Shown: positions 10,072-20,435, counted from the first letter of the stretch. The stretch is 64,000 nucleotides of DNA from Promethearchaeota archaeon (GCA_027031765.1 JALVPN010000165.1:7993-71992), one strand, 5' to 3'. The notes: generated from the letters alone by a model not told the origin. Numbers and translations: made by a program.

Positions 10072-11118
10072 ATGTTGCCGGATCAGTTTCGTATCCTCAG
10101 TGAGCTATGTTCCATCGCTGGCCCCGTAGGACATGAGGGCCCTGTCCAGCAGCGTCTGGCCGAACTGCTGAGGCCATACTGCTCCACTGTCACACAGGAC
10201 CCGATTGGCAACCTCCGTGCGACAATCGAGGGCACCGGAGAACACTACGCACTCGTTGCACATGCGGACGAGGTCGGCTTCCTTGTGAGTATCATTGATG
10301 AGCGCGGTTTCCTCAGGGTCAAGTGGAACACAAACAATCATCTGCCAGACATCCGCCTCCTGCCCGGACAACGTGTGGACATCCTCACATCCAAGGGCAG
10401 CGTCCCCGGCTGTTTCTGCGTAAAGACCGCCCACATAGCCGGTCCCGAAGGGAAGGCCCGTCTGCCATTGTACCATGAGGTCTTCCTCGACATCGGGGCC
10501 CGTTCGCGGCTGGCGGCACAGGCGATGGGTGTCAGGGTTGGTGACCCGGCCGTCTTCTCCACCAGTCTTGAGCGTCTGGGCGACTACCTCTGTGGCAAGG
10601 CAATCGATGACCGGGTCGGCCTGACAGTGGCCGTAGAAGTGGCCAGTCGTCTCCACTCGCTCGCAGAGTCTGAGAGGCCCAGCGTGACGATTATCAGTAC
10701 GGTGATGGAGGAGATTGGTGCAAGAGGTGCTGCCGCGGTGGCAAGAGACCTTGATGTGGACGCCGTCATTGTCCTTGAAATCGGGCCGGCAGATGACTAT
10801 CCTGGCACACTGGGCGAGGCTGGTGTCATGCTCGGAAAGGGTCCGGTTGTGGTCATAAAGGACTCTCAGACCCACTACTCACACGCACTTGACCAGCGCC
10901 TGTTCGAGGCTGCAGAGGAGCTCAGGATCTCAGTCCAACGTGCAGTCTATCACAACTATGCAACTGATGGTTTTCAGATGATGTCCAATGGGCTCCCTGC
11001 TGCTGTGGTGGGTGTCCCATGCCGGTACTCACACAGTAGTTTCGAGACCATCAGCCCAATGGACCTCTACGAAGTGGTGAAACTAGTCCACGGTTTCCTC
11101 AGCAGGGGGGCCACCTGA
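10072..11118 (+). CDS. M42 family metallo-aminopeptidase (TET/FrvX-like)
   Basis: 'LSELCSIAGPVGHEGPV', 'ALVAHADEVGF', 'GKAIDDRVG', 'EEIGARGAA', 'YHNYATDG' follow the M42 glutamyl-aminopeptidase pattern. Confidence 0.8.
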   Translation: MLPDQFRILSELCSIAGPVGHEGPVQQRLAELLRPYCSTVTQDPIGNLRATIEGTGEHYALVAHADEVGFLVSIIDERGFLRVKWNTNNHLPDIRLLPGQRVDILTSKGSVPGCFCVKTAHIAGPEGKARLPLYHEVFLDIGARSRLAAQAMGVRVGDPAVFSTSLERLGDYLCGKAIDDRVGLTVAVEVASRLHSLAESERPSVTIISTVMEEIGARGAAAVARDLDVDAVIVLEIGPADDYPGTLGEAGVMLGKGPVVVIKDSQTHYSHALDQRLFEAAEELRISVQRAVYHNYATDGFQMMSNGLPAAVVGVPCRYSHSSFETISPMDLYEVVKLVHGFLSRGAT

Positions 11119-11514
11119 CTGTGACCCCTCCCTCATGGCGACCGGCTCCACTATGACGGTCATCCCCTCTCGTGATGTCACGACGACCTTGCTCCCCTCT
11201 GGGATCTCACCCGTCAGGCAACGTGCATTCCAGATCTCGCCCCTGGTGCGTATCTTGCCCGACTTCGGTGTCACTGTCCTGACCACTCGCCCCTGCGACC
11301 CGACTACGTCATAGATGACACTGCCACCCTCTTGGAGGGTCGGGTATACAATGTAGTACTTGGCAATGACGAACAGCGGCGTCCCAATTGCGGCCAGTAG
11401 CAGGGCCCAGACCAGCAGGTCTGGTAGGAAGTACCATACGGCAATCACTGCAAAGACAACAAACACTACTTCATCTATTGTTATGATTATGAACTTGGCT
11501 CTCGGCGAGACCAT
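11083..11514 (-). CDS. NfeD-like membrane protein with C-terminal OB-fold
   Basis: Two N-terminal TM helices, then 'GRVVRTVTPKSGKIRTRGEIWNARCLTGEIPEGSKVVVTSREGMTVIVEPV' (short NfeD/YuaF-type beta-barrel). It overlaps the 3' end of the peptidase gene convergently. Confidence 0.5.
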   Translation of the reverse strand: MVSPRAKFIIITIDEVVFVVFAVIAVWYFLPDLLVWALLLAAIGTPLFVIAKYYIVYPTLQEGGSVIYDVVGSQGRVVRTVTPKSGKIRTRGEIWNARCLTGEIPEGSKVVVTSREGMTVIVEPVAMREGSQSGGPPAEETVD

Positions 11515-11644
11515 CTAGCACCACATCTACTCCTTTTGAGTACAGTCATACAAACAGATGATAACCTTTTGCTGTGATGTGTCCGTAGCGGAAATGGTGC
11601 GCCTTATCTGTGCAACCCCCGCAGCCATTCGCCGGTGCTGCTAG

Positions 11645-12748
11645 ATGAGAACCGAGACCATTCAGACCATGGCTGGAGCTGCTGTCCTCTCGACATTCAC
11701 CTACATCCCACTATTGGTCAAAGGCCTCCTTGGTGGCAGTGAGCTCATTGTTACAGTCTTGACCGGCACGTATGCAACTGCATCTTTTGTCGGGAGCTAC
11801 CTATTCGGCCGTGCAGGTGACATCTACGGACGACGACTGACACTCCGTCTCGGCCTGCTGTTCGCCGCACTCAGCTTCGCCCTGCTGTACTTGGTCGACT
11901 CTATGGAGGTACTGTTCCTTGTCCGCGCACTGAACGGTTTCACTGTTGGGATGTACCCCGGTGCCCTTGCTGCGTATGCTTACGAGTCGAAGATGAAGAT
12001 GGGCCGGTTCGCATCGTTTGGTTCCCTGGGCTGGGGCGTGGGCACACTCATTGCGGGCTATGCCGCCTCATTTGAGCTGCGTCTGGCCTTTGTCATTGCA
12101 TCCCTCTTCTTCTGCTTGGCGTTCTTGAGTTCCCTCACCTTGCCGCCAATCGACCGCGTACGTGTGAAGGTGCCGCTCTTCCCGGTAGAGACCATGCGTC
12201 GGAACCTCCCGGTCTACATTGCAGTGCTGATACGTCACAGTAGCGCCCATGCGCTCTGGACGCTGTGGCCCCTGTTCCTCGTTTCCCTCGGCGCCGATGA
12301 GTTTGCCGTCGGCATCATCCAGGCCACAAATTCCATCTCGCAGTTCTTCTTCATGATCCTCATCACGGACAAGTATGACTGCCACAGTCTGATACAGACC
12401 GGGCTCGGTACAACCGCAGTCGCGTTCACGTACTTCCTCGTCGTGGCACTCTACTTTGACTGGGTCCAGCTCCTGCCCTCTCAACTCCTCCTTGGCTTCG
12501 CGTGGTCTTGCCTGTATGTGGGTGCACTCAAGTATGTCACTCAGAACAATGTGGAACGGGCCACAGCATCGGGTCTGTTGACGTCAATCATGTCTGTATC
12601 TGGAGTCATTGGCCCGGTCATCGCCGCCGTCCTCTACTCATTGTGGCCCGGTTATGTCCTCATCATCCTCTACGGTACGGTGATGTCCCTCGTTGCAATG
12701 GTGGTGTTTGGACGCAGTGACAGGGGGCCCATCGATGCTGAGGCCTGA
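11645..12748 (+). CDS. MFS transporter
   Basis: 12-TM profile. MFS motif 'GRAGDIYGRR' lies between TM2 and TM3. Confidence 0.75.
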   Translation: MRTETIQTMAGAAVLSTFTYIPLLVKGLLGGSELIVTVLTGTYATASFVGSYLFGRAGDIYGRRLTLRLGLLFAALSFALLYLVDSMEVLFLVRALNGFTVGMYPGALAAYAYESKMKMGRFASFGSLGWGVGTLIAGYAASFELRLAFVIASLFFCLAFLSSLTLPPIDRVRVKVPLFPVETMRRNLPVYIAVLIRHSSAHALWTLWPLFLVSLGADEFAVGIIQATNSISQFFFMILITDKYDCHSLIQTGLGTTAVAFTYFLVVALYFDWVQLLPSQLLLGFAWSCLYVGALKYVTQNNVERATASGLLTSIMSVSGVIGPVIAAVLYSLWPGYVLIILYGTVMSLVAMVVFGRSDRGPIDAEA

Positions 12749-12777
12749 ACCCCTGCACCCACCATCTGGTCACATAT

Positions 12778-13491
12778 TCAGCCCCTCTTGGCCCTCACAA
12801 GCCAGTAGTCCATGTCGTCATCACCGTGGCCCGAGACCGTTGGTCCGACATCCACCTCTGCAAACCGGCCTTGGAACAGGGCCCGTATCTCATCCTCTGT
12901 GAAGCTGTACGGTTGACTGTTGGATGATGGACAACGTGGCCCGCGCACTATCCCCACATACGTGCCGCCACTGACCAGCAGGTCCGCCATCCTGTCTAGA
13001 TACGGGGTGCGTACTTGTGGCGGCAGCGTCTGTAGGAACGACCGCTCAAACACGTAGTCGAACGATGCCTCCGGGACTTCCAGCTCGAAGATGACGTCCC
13101 CTATCAGTGCATGGATGGAGAGCCCCATCTCATCTGCTCTCCTCACGATGATGGCAATGGCCTCTGGACATATGTCCGCTACGGTGACGTCAAAGCCCCT
13201 CTGGGCCAGGAACAGCGCGTTGTGGCCGAGTCCCGGCCCCGGCTCGAACACTCTTCCCGTGGGCATTTTCCTGCTGTCGACCAGACGCACAAGGGCCGGG
13301 TGTGGTACTGCGGTGTCCCATGGTGTCTGTCCTGTCCTGTACGCAATGGCGTTCGCCCGGCGGACAAGGCACGTATAGTGTGCCTCGCCCTGTGCCCCAG
13401 TCATTGACCGGGTCCAGCTGTCCGCCCTGACCGGCGGGGGTCCACTGTCCAGCGGCCGCCCGCAGATTGCGCACCGTTCCTCTTCTCCCAT
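12778..13491 (-). CDS. Class I SAM-dependent methyltransferase (TPMT-like) with N-terminal Cys-rich extension
   Basis: 'VFEPGPGLGHNALFLAQRGFDVTVADI' (motif I), 'DYVFERSFLQTLPP'. N-terminal 'CAICGRPLD' Cys pair. Confidence 0.7.
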   Translation of the reverse strand: MGEEERCAICGRPLDSGPPPVRADSWTRSMTGAQGEAHYTCLVRRANAIAYRTGQTPWDTAVPHPALVRLVDSRKMPTGRVFEPGPGLGHNALFLAQRGFDVTVADICPEAIAIIVRRADEMGLSIHALIGDVIFELEVPEASFDYVFERSFLQTLPPQVRTPYLDRMADLLVSGGTYVGIVRGPRCPSSNSQPYSFTEDEIRALFQGRFAEVDVGPTVSGHGDDDMDYWLVRAKRG

Positions 13492-13723
13492 CGCATCTCA
13501 TCATCGTACCACCGTCGCACATCCCTGATGACTCTTGCGACTCACTGGAGAGCCATGCTGTTCCCAAATGTCCGGAGTAGTGTCCTTGTCTGGCGACACC
13601 ATAGCATACTCGTCTACATGTCGCGCGGTTGTCGGCAGGTGCCCGAAATACGTGCCGTGTGAGGACCGGAGCCGTAGGTCATGATGTCCTAGGACACGCC
13701 AGACGGGCAACTTAAGACGCCGT

Positions 13724-14557
13724 GTGGTTCTACTTGGTACGGTGCACTGCTTGAGCCAACAGTACGACATCCTCAGGTGCCCCCGCTGTCGTCGGGGCCT
13801 ACAAGCAACTGCTACCATCTCGACAGGCCAGGGCCCGGATCTCTCGCTTGTGTGTGAGCGTGGTCACACGTGGCCCGTTGAAGATGGAATCCCTCTGCTG
13901 GTACACCCGCCTGCCAGTGAGGAGGACATGAAGTGGATTGATGAGTACGACTCGTCGGCCAAGGACTACGACCGGCTAGTGAAACTGTACGATGACTGGC
14001 TGGGGATAGACATGATGCACGAGCGCGAACAGTTCGCCGACTACATACCTGCCGAAGGCGTCGTCCGCATGCTTGACGTGAGCACTGGCACTGCTGCAAA
14101 CTTCGAGGCAATCGTACACCGCCTCGGCGCGGCAGCATGTACCCGTCTCGACCTGCATGGGGTCGACCTATCGATGGGCATGTTGAGAGTGGCCAGAGAG
14201 AAGATGCGTTCCTTGGGCCTTGACTGTCTGCTTGTCCAGGCAAATGTGTACAACCTCCCATACCCGGATGACCAGTTCGATGTGGTCCTGCACAGTGGTG
14301 GGATGAACACGTTCTCTAACATCGCAGCAGCACTGGAAGAAATGCTCAGGTTGGTGCGGCCGGAAGGCACAGTCGTGGTGGTCGATGAGGGCCTCTCGCC
14401 ACGGGTGCGTGCCTCTGAACGTGGCCGCGAGGTCATCGAAACGAACAACCTCTTTGCATCGCGGCCCCCGCTTGAGCACCTGCCCTCAAAGGCGCGTGAT
14501 GTCAAGGTCGACTACATAATGAACGAGACCTTCTACAGGGTGGTCTTCCGGAAGTGA
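13724..14557 (+). CDS. Trm112-like zinc-ribbon fused to class I SAM-dependent methyltransferase (type 11)
   Basis: N-terminal 'LRCPRCRRGL...CERGHTWPVEDGIPLL' (Trm112-like). MTase motifs 'VRMLDVSTGTAAN' and 'FDVVLHSGGMN'. Confidence 0.7.
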   Translation: MVLLGTVHCLSQQYDILRCPRCRRGLQATATISTGQGPDLSLVCERGHTWPVEDGIPLLVHPPASEEDMKWIDEYDSSAKDYDRLVKLYDDWLGIDMMHEREQFADYIPAEGVVRMLDVSTGTAANFEAIVHRLGAAACTRLDLHGVDLSMGMLRVAREKMRSLGLDCLLVQANVYNLPYPDDQFDVVLHSGGMNTFSNIAAALEEMLRLVRPEGTVVVVDEGLSPRVRASERGREVIETNNLFASRPPLEHLPSKARDVKVDYIMNETFYRVVFRK

Positions 14558-14569
14558 CGGGTCATAGTG

Positions 14570-16189
14570 TCAGGCGCCCCACATACCTCCCCCACATACC
14601 TCCCTGTACAGGGCGGTCAGTCGTTTCGCCACTGACTGCCAGGAGTAGTGCTCCTCTACAGCAGTCCTCAGTGACTGTCTGACACCACTGATGCGGGACA
14701 GTTGGATGGCGCCCACAATCCTGCCGGCAATCTCATGGATGCGCCCCTCCGGCTCCCGGCGGAACCTCAGCCCTCCTTCTTGGATGTGATCCCCTTCCCG
14801 TTCAAGCACCACTGCACTGTCACGTAGTCCCGAGAAGTCTGTCACAAGGGGGACCACACCACACGCAGCTGCCTCTAGTGTCACGAGCCCGAAGGACTCA
14901 GGCACCAGCGACGGGAAGACGGCGACATCCGCACACGGGAGCAGATGGCGCAGCAATGAGTGGTCCATGAAGCCTGTGAAGCATATCCGTGCCCCATGTA
15001 CCGGCTGCAGCCCGGTGGTGCCCCTGTCACGCAGCCAGCTGTAAGCAGCAGCGAACATCTCTGGAGTCCCGAGCTGGGTCACAGCTGTGTCCAACAGTGG
15101 CCCTATCATTTCCCATTTTCCCCGTTCCCAGCACCATGCCAGCGCCTCCAGCCATTCCCTCAAGGGCCCTGCCCCCACAACAATCAGCTGGGCCGGTACT
15201 GTTTCAGTGAGTTCCATGAAGGCAAGCACGAGGTCGTGTGGCCCCTTGCCCGGGATCAGTCGGCCCACGAACATGACCACTGGCTGGCCCCAGTCGAGCC
15301 GGTCAAGCTTGGCCATGGTGTCCTCATCTGGACTCTTCTGGCTGTATGCTGTTGCCAGGTCAAAGACCGTCGGGGGGACTTCTCTCCTGCGTGCCCACTC
15401 GGAGAACCGGGTGGTCATGCGGCTGGCATGAGCGGCACTGCGTCCACCCGTATACTCACCGAGTAGTGTACCGAGCTCCCCGGGTGTTCCCCCACACCTG
15501 CCTCCAGAGTGCGGTCTGAACAGTCCAGTGTCAACTCCAAGTGGGACTTCGACCACCTTCTCATCCAGTCTGGGTAGCGCCTCTTTGAAGACTGATACCA
15601 CACGGTCTCTGAAGTAGCGGTTCCCGACTACCACCCTTGTTGCTGCACCCAGTCCCACCACTGCATACTCGAACAGTTTCGTATCTCTCTCGACCGCATA
15701 CACCAGACCACTGCCATGCAGAGTCACTAAATATGGGACCCCGGTTTCTTCCATGACGCGCCGGGCCACTACTGGCATCATGATGGCATGGTTTGCATGG
15801 AGCACATCGAATGGGTCGGCCTTGTGGACTGCACACACAGCCCCCACATTCCTCCTGATGTAGCGCTCTATCTCTCCAATCGACATCCTTGTGAACTCGA
15901 CCACATGGCGGAATGCAGGGTATATGTCCGGTACGAACACGGGCAGGGTGTTCCCAATGTCCGGGATGTTGATGGTGACACCATGGTCATGGCACATGCT
16001 GTCGTCCAGAGCACCGTCCTCCCCCACCCTCCGTACCCGGGCCACAAATGGTAGTTTACAGGCGTCGGAGTCCTGACAGAAGACATCGACATGGTGCTCC
16101 TGTGCCCAGATATGCCTGACGACGTTCTGTGTGTATATGTTGCTCCCGGAGCCCTTGAGGAGCCAGCCGTGTAGGATACCAATGTGCAT
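14570..16189 (-). CDS. GT4-family glycosyltransferase
   Basis: 'FVGRLIPGKGPHDLVLAF' and 'LVPESFGLVTLEAAACGVVPLVTDFSGL' match the GT-B/GT4 C-terminal domain motifs. Confidence 0.75.
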   Translation of the reverse strand: MHIGILHGWLLKGSGSNIYTQNVVRHIWAQEHHVDVFCQDSDACKLPFVARVRRVGEDGALDDSMCHDHGVTINIPDIGNTLPVFVPDIYPAFRHVVEFTRMSIGEIERYIRRNVGAVCAVHKADPFDVLHANHAIMMPVVARRVMEETGVPYLVTLHGSGLVYAVERDTKLFEYAVVGLGAATRVVVGNRYFRDRVVSVFKEALPRLDEKVVEVPLGVDTGLFRPHSGGRCGGTPGELGTLLGEYTGGRSAAHASRMTTRFSEWARRREVPPTVFDLATAYSQKSPDEDTMAKLDRLDWGQPVVMFVGRLIPGKGPHDLVLAFMELTETVPAQLIVVGAGPLREWLEALAWCWERGKWEMIGPLLDTAVTQLGTPEMFAAAYSWLRDRGTTGLQPVHGARICFTGFMDHSLLRHLLPCADVAVFPSLVPESFGLVTLEAAACGVVPLVTDFSGLRDSAVVLEREGDHIQEGGLRFRREPEGRIHEIAGRIVGAIQLSRISGVRQSLRTAVEEHYSWQSVAKRLTALYREVCGGGMWGA

Positions 16190-16250
16190 GATGTGTTGGC
16201 CGTGTCATATCAGGCTCATTAATCTTGGGCGACCGTGTGATACCGGATTA

Positions 16251-16259
16251 GAAAAAAAA
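16251..16259 (-). terminator. Oligo-T tract (T9 on minus strand), a candidate archaeal intrinsic terminator
   Basis: A9 on the plus strand equals T9 on the coding strand. It sits about 85 nt downstream of the surface-protein stop codon and upstream of the GT4 gene. Confidence 0.4.
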
Positions 16260-16343
16260 AGAGGATGGGAAGGCCTAGGCCTCCCCAGCCTGTCGTGGTT
16301 GTTGGGTGCTGTTGGTGTGCCAATGCAGTGCAGACAGGGCTTT

Positions 16344-18287
16344 CTAGCCTCGTCTGTATGTGGTACGGATACGGACGGCCACTAGGGCTATTGCAACAAT
16401 GCCCACGACCCCAAGTATCACTGAAGCGTACACAATCCCGGAAACGCGTCCGCTGACCTGACCTGGTGGCACTCCCGGGTAGACCTTGAATACCGGGTCA
16501 TGCGTGATGGAGTACCCGTCCCACTTGGAGTAGCAGGAACAGTAGTAGAACGCGGACCAGCAGTCTGTCTGGCCCATGGTACCTGCTGCGAACTCCAGAC
16601 CGCCGAGGCTGACGGGCCCCATCTCGTATATCATGCCTGGTATGATGGCGGTGCCGACATCATATGTCCCACCATCACGGCCCCAGACATATGTCCCACC
16701 AAACTTGATTACTGACAGCAGGTCGTCGTCCCCGGTGTCGCTGACCTCAAGGACACCCTCCGGTGCTGTCCTGCTCATATCGACTTCGGCATCTGTTGGG
16801 ATCTCGGTCCCATCCGTGAGGCCTACCCTGTAGTCATATGATGCTACGGAGGTCCAATAGTCAATGGTGAGTCCGAGCCCTGCGAGCTCGGGCAACATTG
16901 CACCTGTGCCAGGCTCCGTAAAGTCCCCTACATGCTGGTCAATCTTGAGGACTGCAGCGTCATCCGTTGTACCGAAGCGGTAGACCATGGCTAGGCTCTC
17001 GACAGACACATCGATGCCGCTGTCCTCCTCCGGGTCTACCATCCCCTCTCCCATTGAGAGTCCGGGACCATAGTAGATATCCGGCAGGAGTGCGACCTGT
17101 CCCTCTCTGTCATCGATGAGCCGTCCCTCGATGTCTGTGACCTCAACGCTCCACTCGATTTGGTTGTCATCGTTGATGTGTGGTGTGACGACGTCTCCCA
17201 AGCTCGCCCCGGTGGTGTAGAACCCGTACACTCTCTCTGAGGCTGACTCGTTGACCACTTGGTATTTCCAGTCAGTCACACCGTCATCGTCGTAGTCCAC
17301 GTCGACATCAGAGTACACAATGTCCATGATCCCGTTGTTGTTCGTGTCATTGAACACGGACAGGCCAGTGAAGTAGTGCTCCATCTGGTGGGTCTGGTTG
17401 TTGTCCACGTACATCTCCAGTACATCATACCCGTAGGTCACGTACGTGTAGTTGTAGTCGTATCTCCCTTCTTGGGTGAGCTCCCCGGCCCACTGGTACT
17501 CCTCTGCCAGCTGGATGTCCTCCGGATTCTCTATGAGGTTCATCTCCATGTCGTACCATGTGCAGTTGATGTAGTAGTTGCCGGAAGTCCGTGTGGACAT
17601 GAAATAGAAGTCACTCACGATGACTACTTCGTCCCCTGACAGTGCATCTGGATTTGGTGACCAGTACACCGTCCACACATCCGTAATGTTCGGCTGGCTG
17701 GCAAGCCAACTCATGTATGACCCGTCGGGGTCAAGGAGAACTGTCACCTGCAATGTGGCGAAGTCCCAAGCGGTGTGCCAGCTCTCAGTGTAGTTCATCT
17801 CAATCCAGTATGCATTGCCGTCGGCATCTTCAACATAGTAGATGATCAACGGCTCCATGAGACCATTCGTCAGTTTGGCCCAGTCGTCCCAATAGGCGTC
17901 GGTACTGTTCTCCCAAGGCCAGGTCTCGTTGTTCCAGGGCCAGGTCTCGTTGTTCCAGGGCCAGGTCTCGTTGCCCCAGTTCTCCCATGTGCTATTATCG
18001 GCTGGGTGGTATCCTCCTGCTGGGGACGATCCCGATGTCTCGTTGTTGTATTGCGGCATGACCACTTCGGGAGACCAGACAAACTGGTAGTCGTTAGAAT
18101 ACGACTCGTTCCACCAGGTGGTGGCAACATAGACCCCTGGCTGCATCTCCACGAACGGCTCAACAACCTGTGCTGCTGCATATGGTCGCGTCTGGGCGAC
18201 CGCCATTCGCGGCGTCACGGCGATGACAAACAGTGTTGCCATCACGACCATTGCAGTCAAACGTTGGTTCTTCTTCATTGACAGCAA
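16344..18287 (-). CDS. Secreted surface protein rich in N-glycosylation sequons, with C-terminal TM anchor and W-rich repeats
   Basis: Signal peptide 'MKKNQRLTAMVVMATLFVIAVTPRMAVA'. More than 20 N-x-S/T sequons. Three copies of 'NNETWPW'. C-terminal TM plus basic tail 'IALVAVRIRTTYRRG'. Confidence 0.7.
   Translation of the reverse strand: MLSMKKNQRLTAMVVMATLFVIAVTPRMAVAQTRPYAAAQVVEPFVEMQPGVYVATTWWNESYSNDYQFVWSPEVVMPQYNNETSGSSPAGGYHPADNSTWENWGNETWPWNNETWPWNNETWPWENSTDAYWDDWAKLTNGLMEPLIIYYVEDADGNAYWIEMNYTESWHTAWDFATLQVTVLLDPDGSYMSWLASQPNITDVWTVYWSPNPDALSGDEVVIVSDFYFMSTRTSGNYYINCTWYDMEMNLIENPEDIQLAEEYQWAGELTQEGRYDYNYTYVTYGYDVLEMYVDNNQTHQMEHYFTGLSVFNDTNNNGIMDIVYSDVDVDYDDDGVTDWKYQVVNESASERVYGFYTTGASLGDVVTPHINDDNQIEWSVEVTDIEGRLIDDREGQVALLPDIYYGPGLSMGEGMVDPEEDSGIDVSVESLAMVYRFGTTDDAAVLKIDQHVGDFTEPGTGAMLPELAGLGLTIDYWTSVASYDYRVGLTDGTEIPTDAEVDMSRTAPEGVLEVSDTGDDDLLSVIKFGGTYVWGRDGGTYDVGTAIIPGMIYEMGPVSLGGLEFAAGTMGQTDCWSAFYYCSCYSKWDGYSITHDPVFKVYPGVPPGQVSGRVSGIVYASVILGVVGIVAIALVAVRIRTTYRRG
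17918..17982. repeat. 21-bp tandem repeat, about 3 copies
   Basis: 'gccaggtctcgttgttccagg' is repeated head-to-tail. It encodes NNETWPW units of the surface protein. Confidence 0.7.
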
Positions 18288-18475
18288 TTTGCATCACCTG
18301 AACTCTCTTGTCCAGTGATATCTCTCTCCGTCTCAGATGGTAATGAGTACTATCTGTGAACCGTTCATGACGTCCCTGTCAGCGGAGTTATGCTCCATAC
18401 AGTTGCTGTTTCCGGAGATTTCACCGTTCATGACGGTTCATTGATGGCGGATAATGGTGTATCGGCGACGTATGG

Positions 18476-18970
18476 CTACCTTACGACCCGCTGCACCAGT
18501 GTTACGATTCTCGTCCGTCCACTGACCTCTCGGGTGATAAGCGACTTCCTCTCGAGCGCTCCGAGCGTAACACTGAGGGTGGACTTGCTGAGTCCCGTGG
18601 TGCGTCTGAGTTCGTCCTGTGTCATCTGTCCCCCATTCTCTTCGAGCCTGTTGATGACACGGCGCTCAGTTGGTGTCAACGTCACAATCACGACCTCCCT
18701 GTCGTTGGGGGTTTCTGTCTGTCTGTCGTTATCGTACAGTGCGACCTCCAGCTGTGCAACTCTCCTGTGGAGCTGCACTATGATGAGGACCGCGACATTG
18801 ACCACCAGCACAAGGGCTATGACTAACGCGATGGTCGTCGCAAAGAATGCGACCTCCCTTGCTATCTGACGTGCCTCTACCCACACCCACGCTGCCAGGC
18901 CAAGTGTCACTGCTGAAACAATGACCAAGGCGAGGTCTAGGCGGCTGGTCGGTGGCTCTGTGCCTGGCAT
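18476..18970 (-). CDS. Membrane-anchored winged-helix transcriptional regulator
   Basis: Two N-terminal TM helices, a coiled-coil, and a C-terminal wHTH ('RVINRLEENGGQMTQDELRRTTGLSKSTLSVTLGALERKSLITRE'). The start was chosen at the internal Met 'MPGTEPP'. Confidence 0.5.
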   Translation of the reverse strand: MPGTEPPTSRLDLALVIVSAVTLGLAAWVWVEARQIAREVAFFATTIALVIALVLVVNVAVLIIVQLHRRVAQLEVALYDNDRQTETPNDREVVIVTLTPTERRVINRLEENGGQMTQDELRRTTGLSKSTLSVTLGALERKSLITREVSGRTRIVTLVQRVVR

Positions 18971-19106
18971 CTCTATTACATCCTTATACACCGGCACACA
19001 TCTGTCTTTTAGTGTTTTGCTGGGCCGGACAGTGTCGTACGCTGCTGATACGTGTGTCACAAGACATGTCGGAGGTGGTCGCGGCCACCACCCATGCGAT
19101 GCCCCC

Positions 19107-20435
19107 TCAGTCGTCCCGGGTGTTCAGTCCTCCCGCCCTATCATCTGGTGTATCCAGTGTCCTGTCCACATTGTGGTGCTCCTGTGGCAGGTCATATAGG
19201 ACAATCTCGTGGGGCAGGAACAGCGTTTCCTCAGTATCTGGGAGCTCATTTGCAGCCTTGAGACTGTGCTTCACAGCCAGTGGCCCGATGAGTTCGAGCA
19301 CCATCGTCGATACGGCGACAACTCCCAAGACGAGCCCCCCAATCTCTGCAGCCCTGCCACCTAGCGTGACGAACTGCTCCTCTATAATGAACGACAGTCC
19401 CAGCGCCACACCGGCCTGGCATAGCAGACAAGTGCCAAGATACTTCCTCACGGCTGGCATGTCGCCCACGAGGGTTGCGCCTGCTCGCGTACCCACATAC
19501 TTCGCCAGTGTGCGCCCACCAAGGTAGAGGGCTGCAGTGACAAGGATTAGGACCAATGTGGTGGCTGTCGTCAACAGGTGGGCCATCCGGGCACCTACAA
19601 GTACGAAGAATACCATCACTACCGGTGACATTATCTTCTCCAGCATCACCGGCACCTGCTCCTTGTCCTCGTCAATGTACCTCCCGACCACGAAGCCGAA
19701 CACCATCGCAGCAAAGATGTCACTGAACTCGAAGAGCTGCACCACCCCTATCAGTAGGAGCACCATGCCAAGTTCGAGTTCAAGGAGTCGCCCCCTGTCG
19801 GCCTCACGGTTCACCGGTATCAGGAACAGGAGGCCAAAGACAATGCCTATCGCTGCCGAGCCGAGTATTTTTAGCACGGGCGTCAGCAACGCCGACATCA
19901 GATCCGTCGTCGTCGGCGAGTAGACCCAGAGCGCGTAGGATATCGCCGCGTTTGTCAGTATCACTGCCGCGACATCGTCAGCTGCTAGGACAAACATCAG
20001 TGATGAGGTCACCGGCCCCTCACAGTCGCACTCCCAGACAACATCTGCAGTGGCAGCCGGGGCCGTGGCACTTGCGACTGAGCCGAAGAGGACTGCCCAG
20101 TGCCACTCTGCCGTGATGATGTACGTCAGTACCGAGACCAGTGCGAAGGCTGCAGTGGCCTCGAACACAACTATGACTGCAAGTTTCTTAGTGCGCCCCT
20201 TGATCTTCTCGCTCTTCAGTTCATGGCCAATATTGTATCCGATAAGTCCAAGGGCAAGGGCCACAAAGATACGCAGGCTCTGGACCCACTCCTGCGTGAG
20301 CAGCCCCGTCAGGCTCAGCACAATGCCCGCAAGCATGAACCCCAGTGTCTGTGGTATGCCAGCCCTCTTCAATATGTGCGCGCCAATGAATGCAAGCACT
20401 ATTGATGCGCCTAAGACAAGCAGCGGTGACTCCAC
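19107..20435 (-). CDS. Cation:proton antiporter (CPA family Na+/H+ exchanger)
   Basis: 12-13 TM protein. 'LGFMLAGIVLS' and 'GLEL' segments are typical of Na_H_Exchanger family transporters. Confidence 0.8.
   Translation of the reverse strand: MESPLLVLGASIVLAFIGAHILKRAGIPQTLGFMLAGIVLSLTGLLTQEWVQSLRIFVALALGLIGYNIGHELKSEKIKGRTKKLAVIVVFEATAAFALVSVLTYIITAEWHWAVLFGSVASATAPAATADVVWECDCEGPVTSSLMFVLAADDVAAVILTNAAISYALWVYSPTTTDLMSALLTPVLKILGSAAIGIVFGLLFLIPVNREADRGRLLELELGMVLLLIGVVQLFEFSDIFAAMVFGFVVGRYIDEDKEQVPVMLEKIMSPVVMVFFVLVGARMAHLLTTATTLVLILVTAALYLGGRTLAKYVGTRAGATLVGDMPAVRKYLGTCLLCQAGVALGLSFIIEEQFVTLGGRAAEIGGLVLGVVAVSTMVLELIGPLAVKHSLKAANELPDTEETLFLPHEIVLYDLPQEHHNVDRTLDTPDDRAGGLNTRDD

Noticed and set aside
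10105-10875. 256-aa minus-strand ORF inside the M42 peptidase gene
   Set aside because: It is antisense to a well-supported peptidase and has no motifs.
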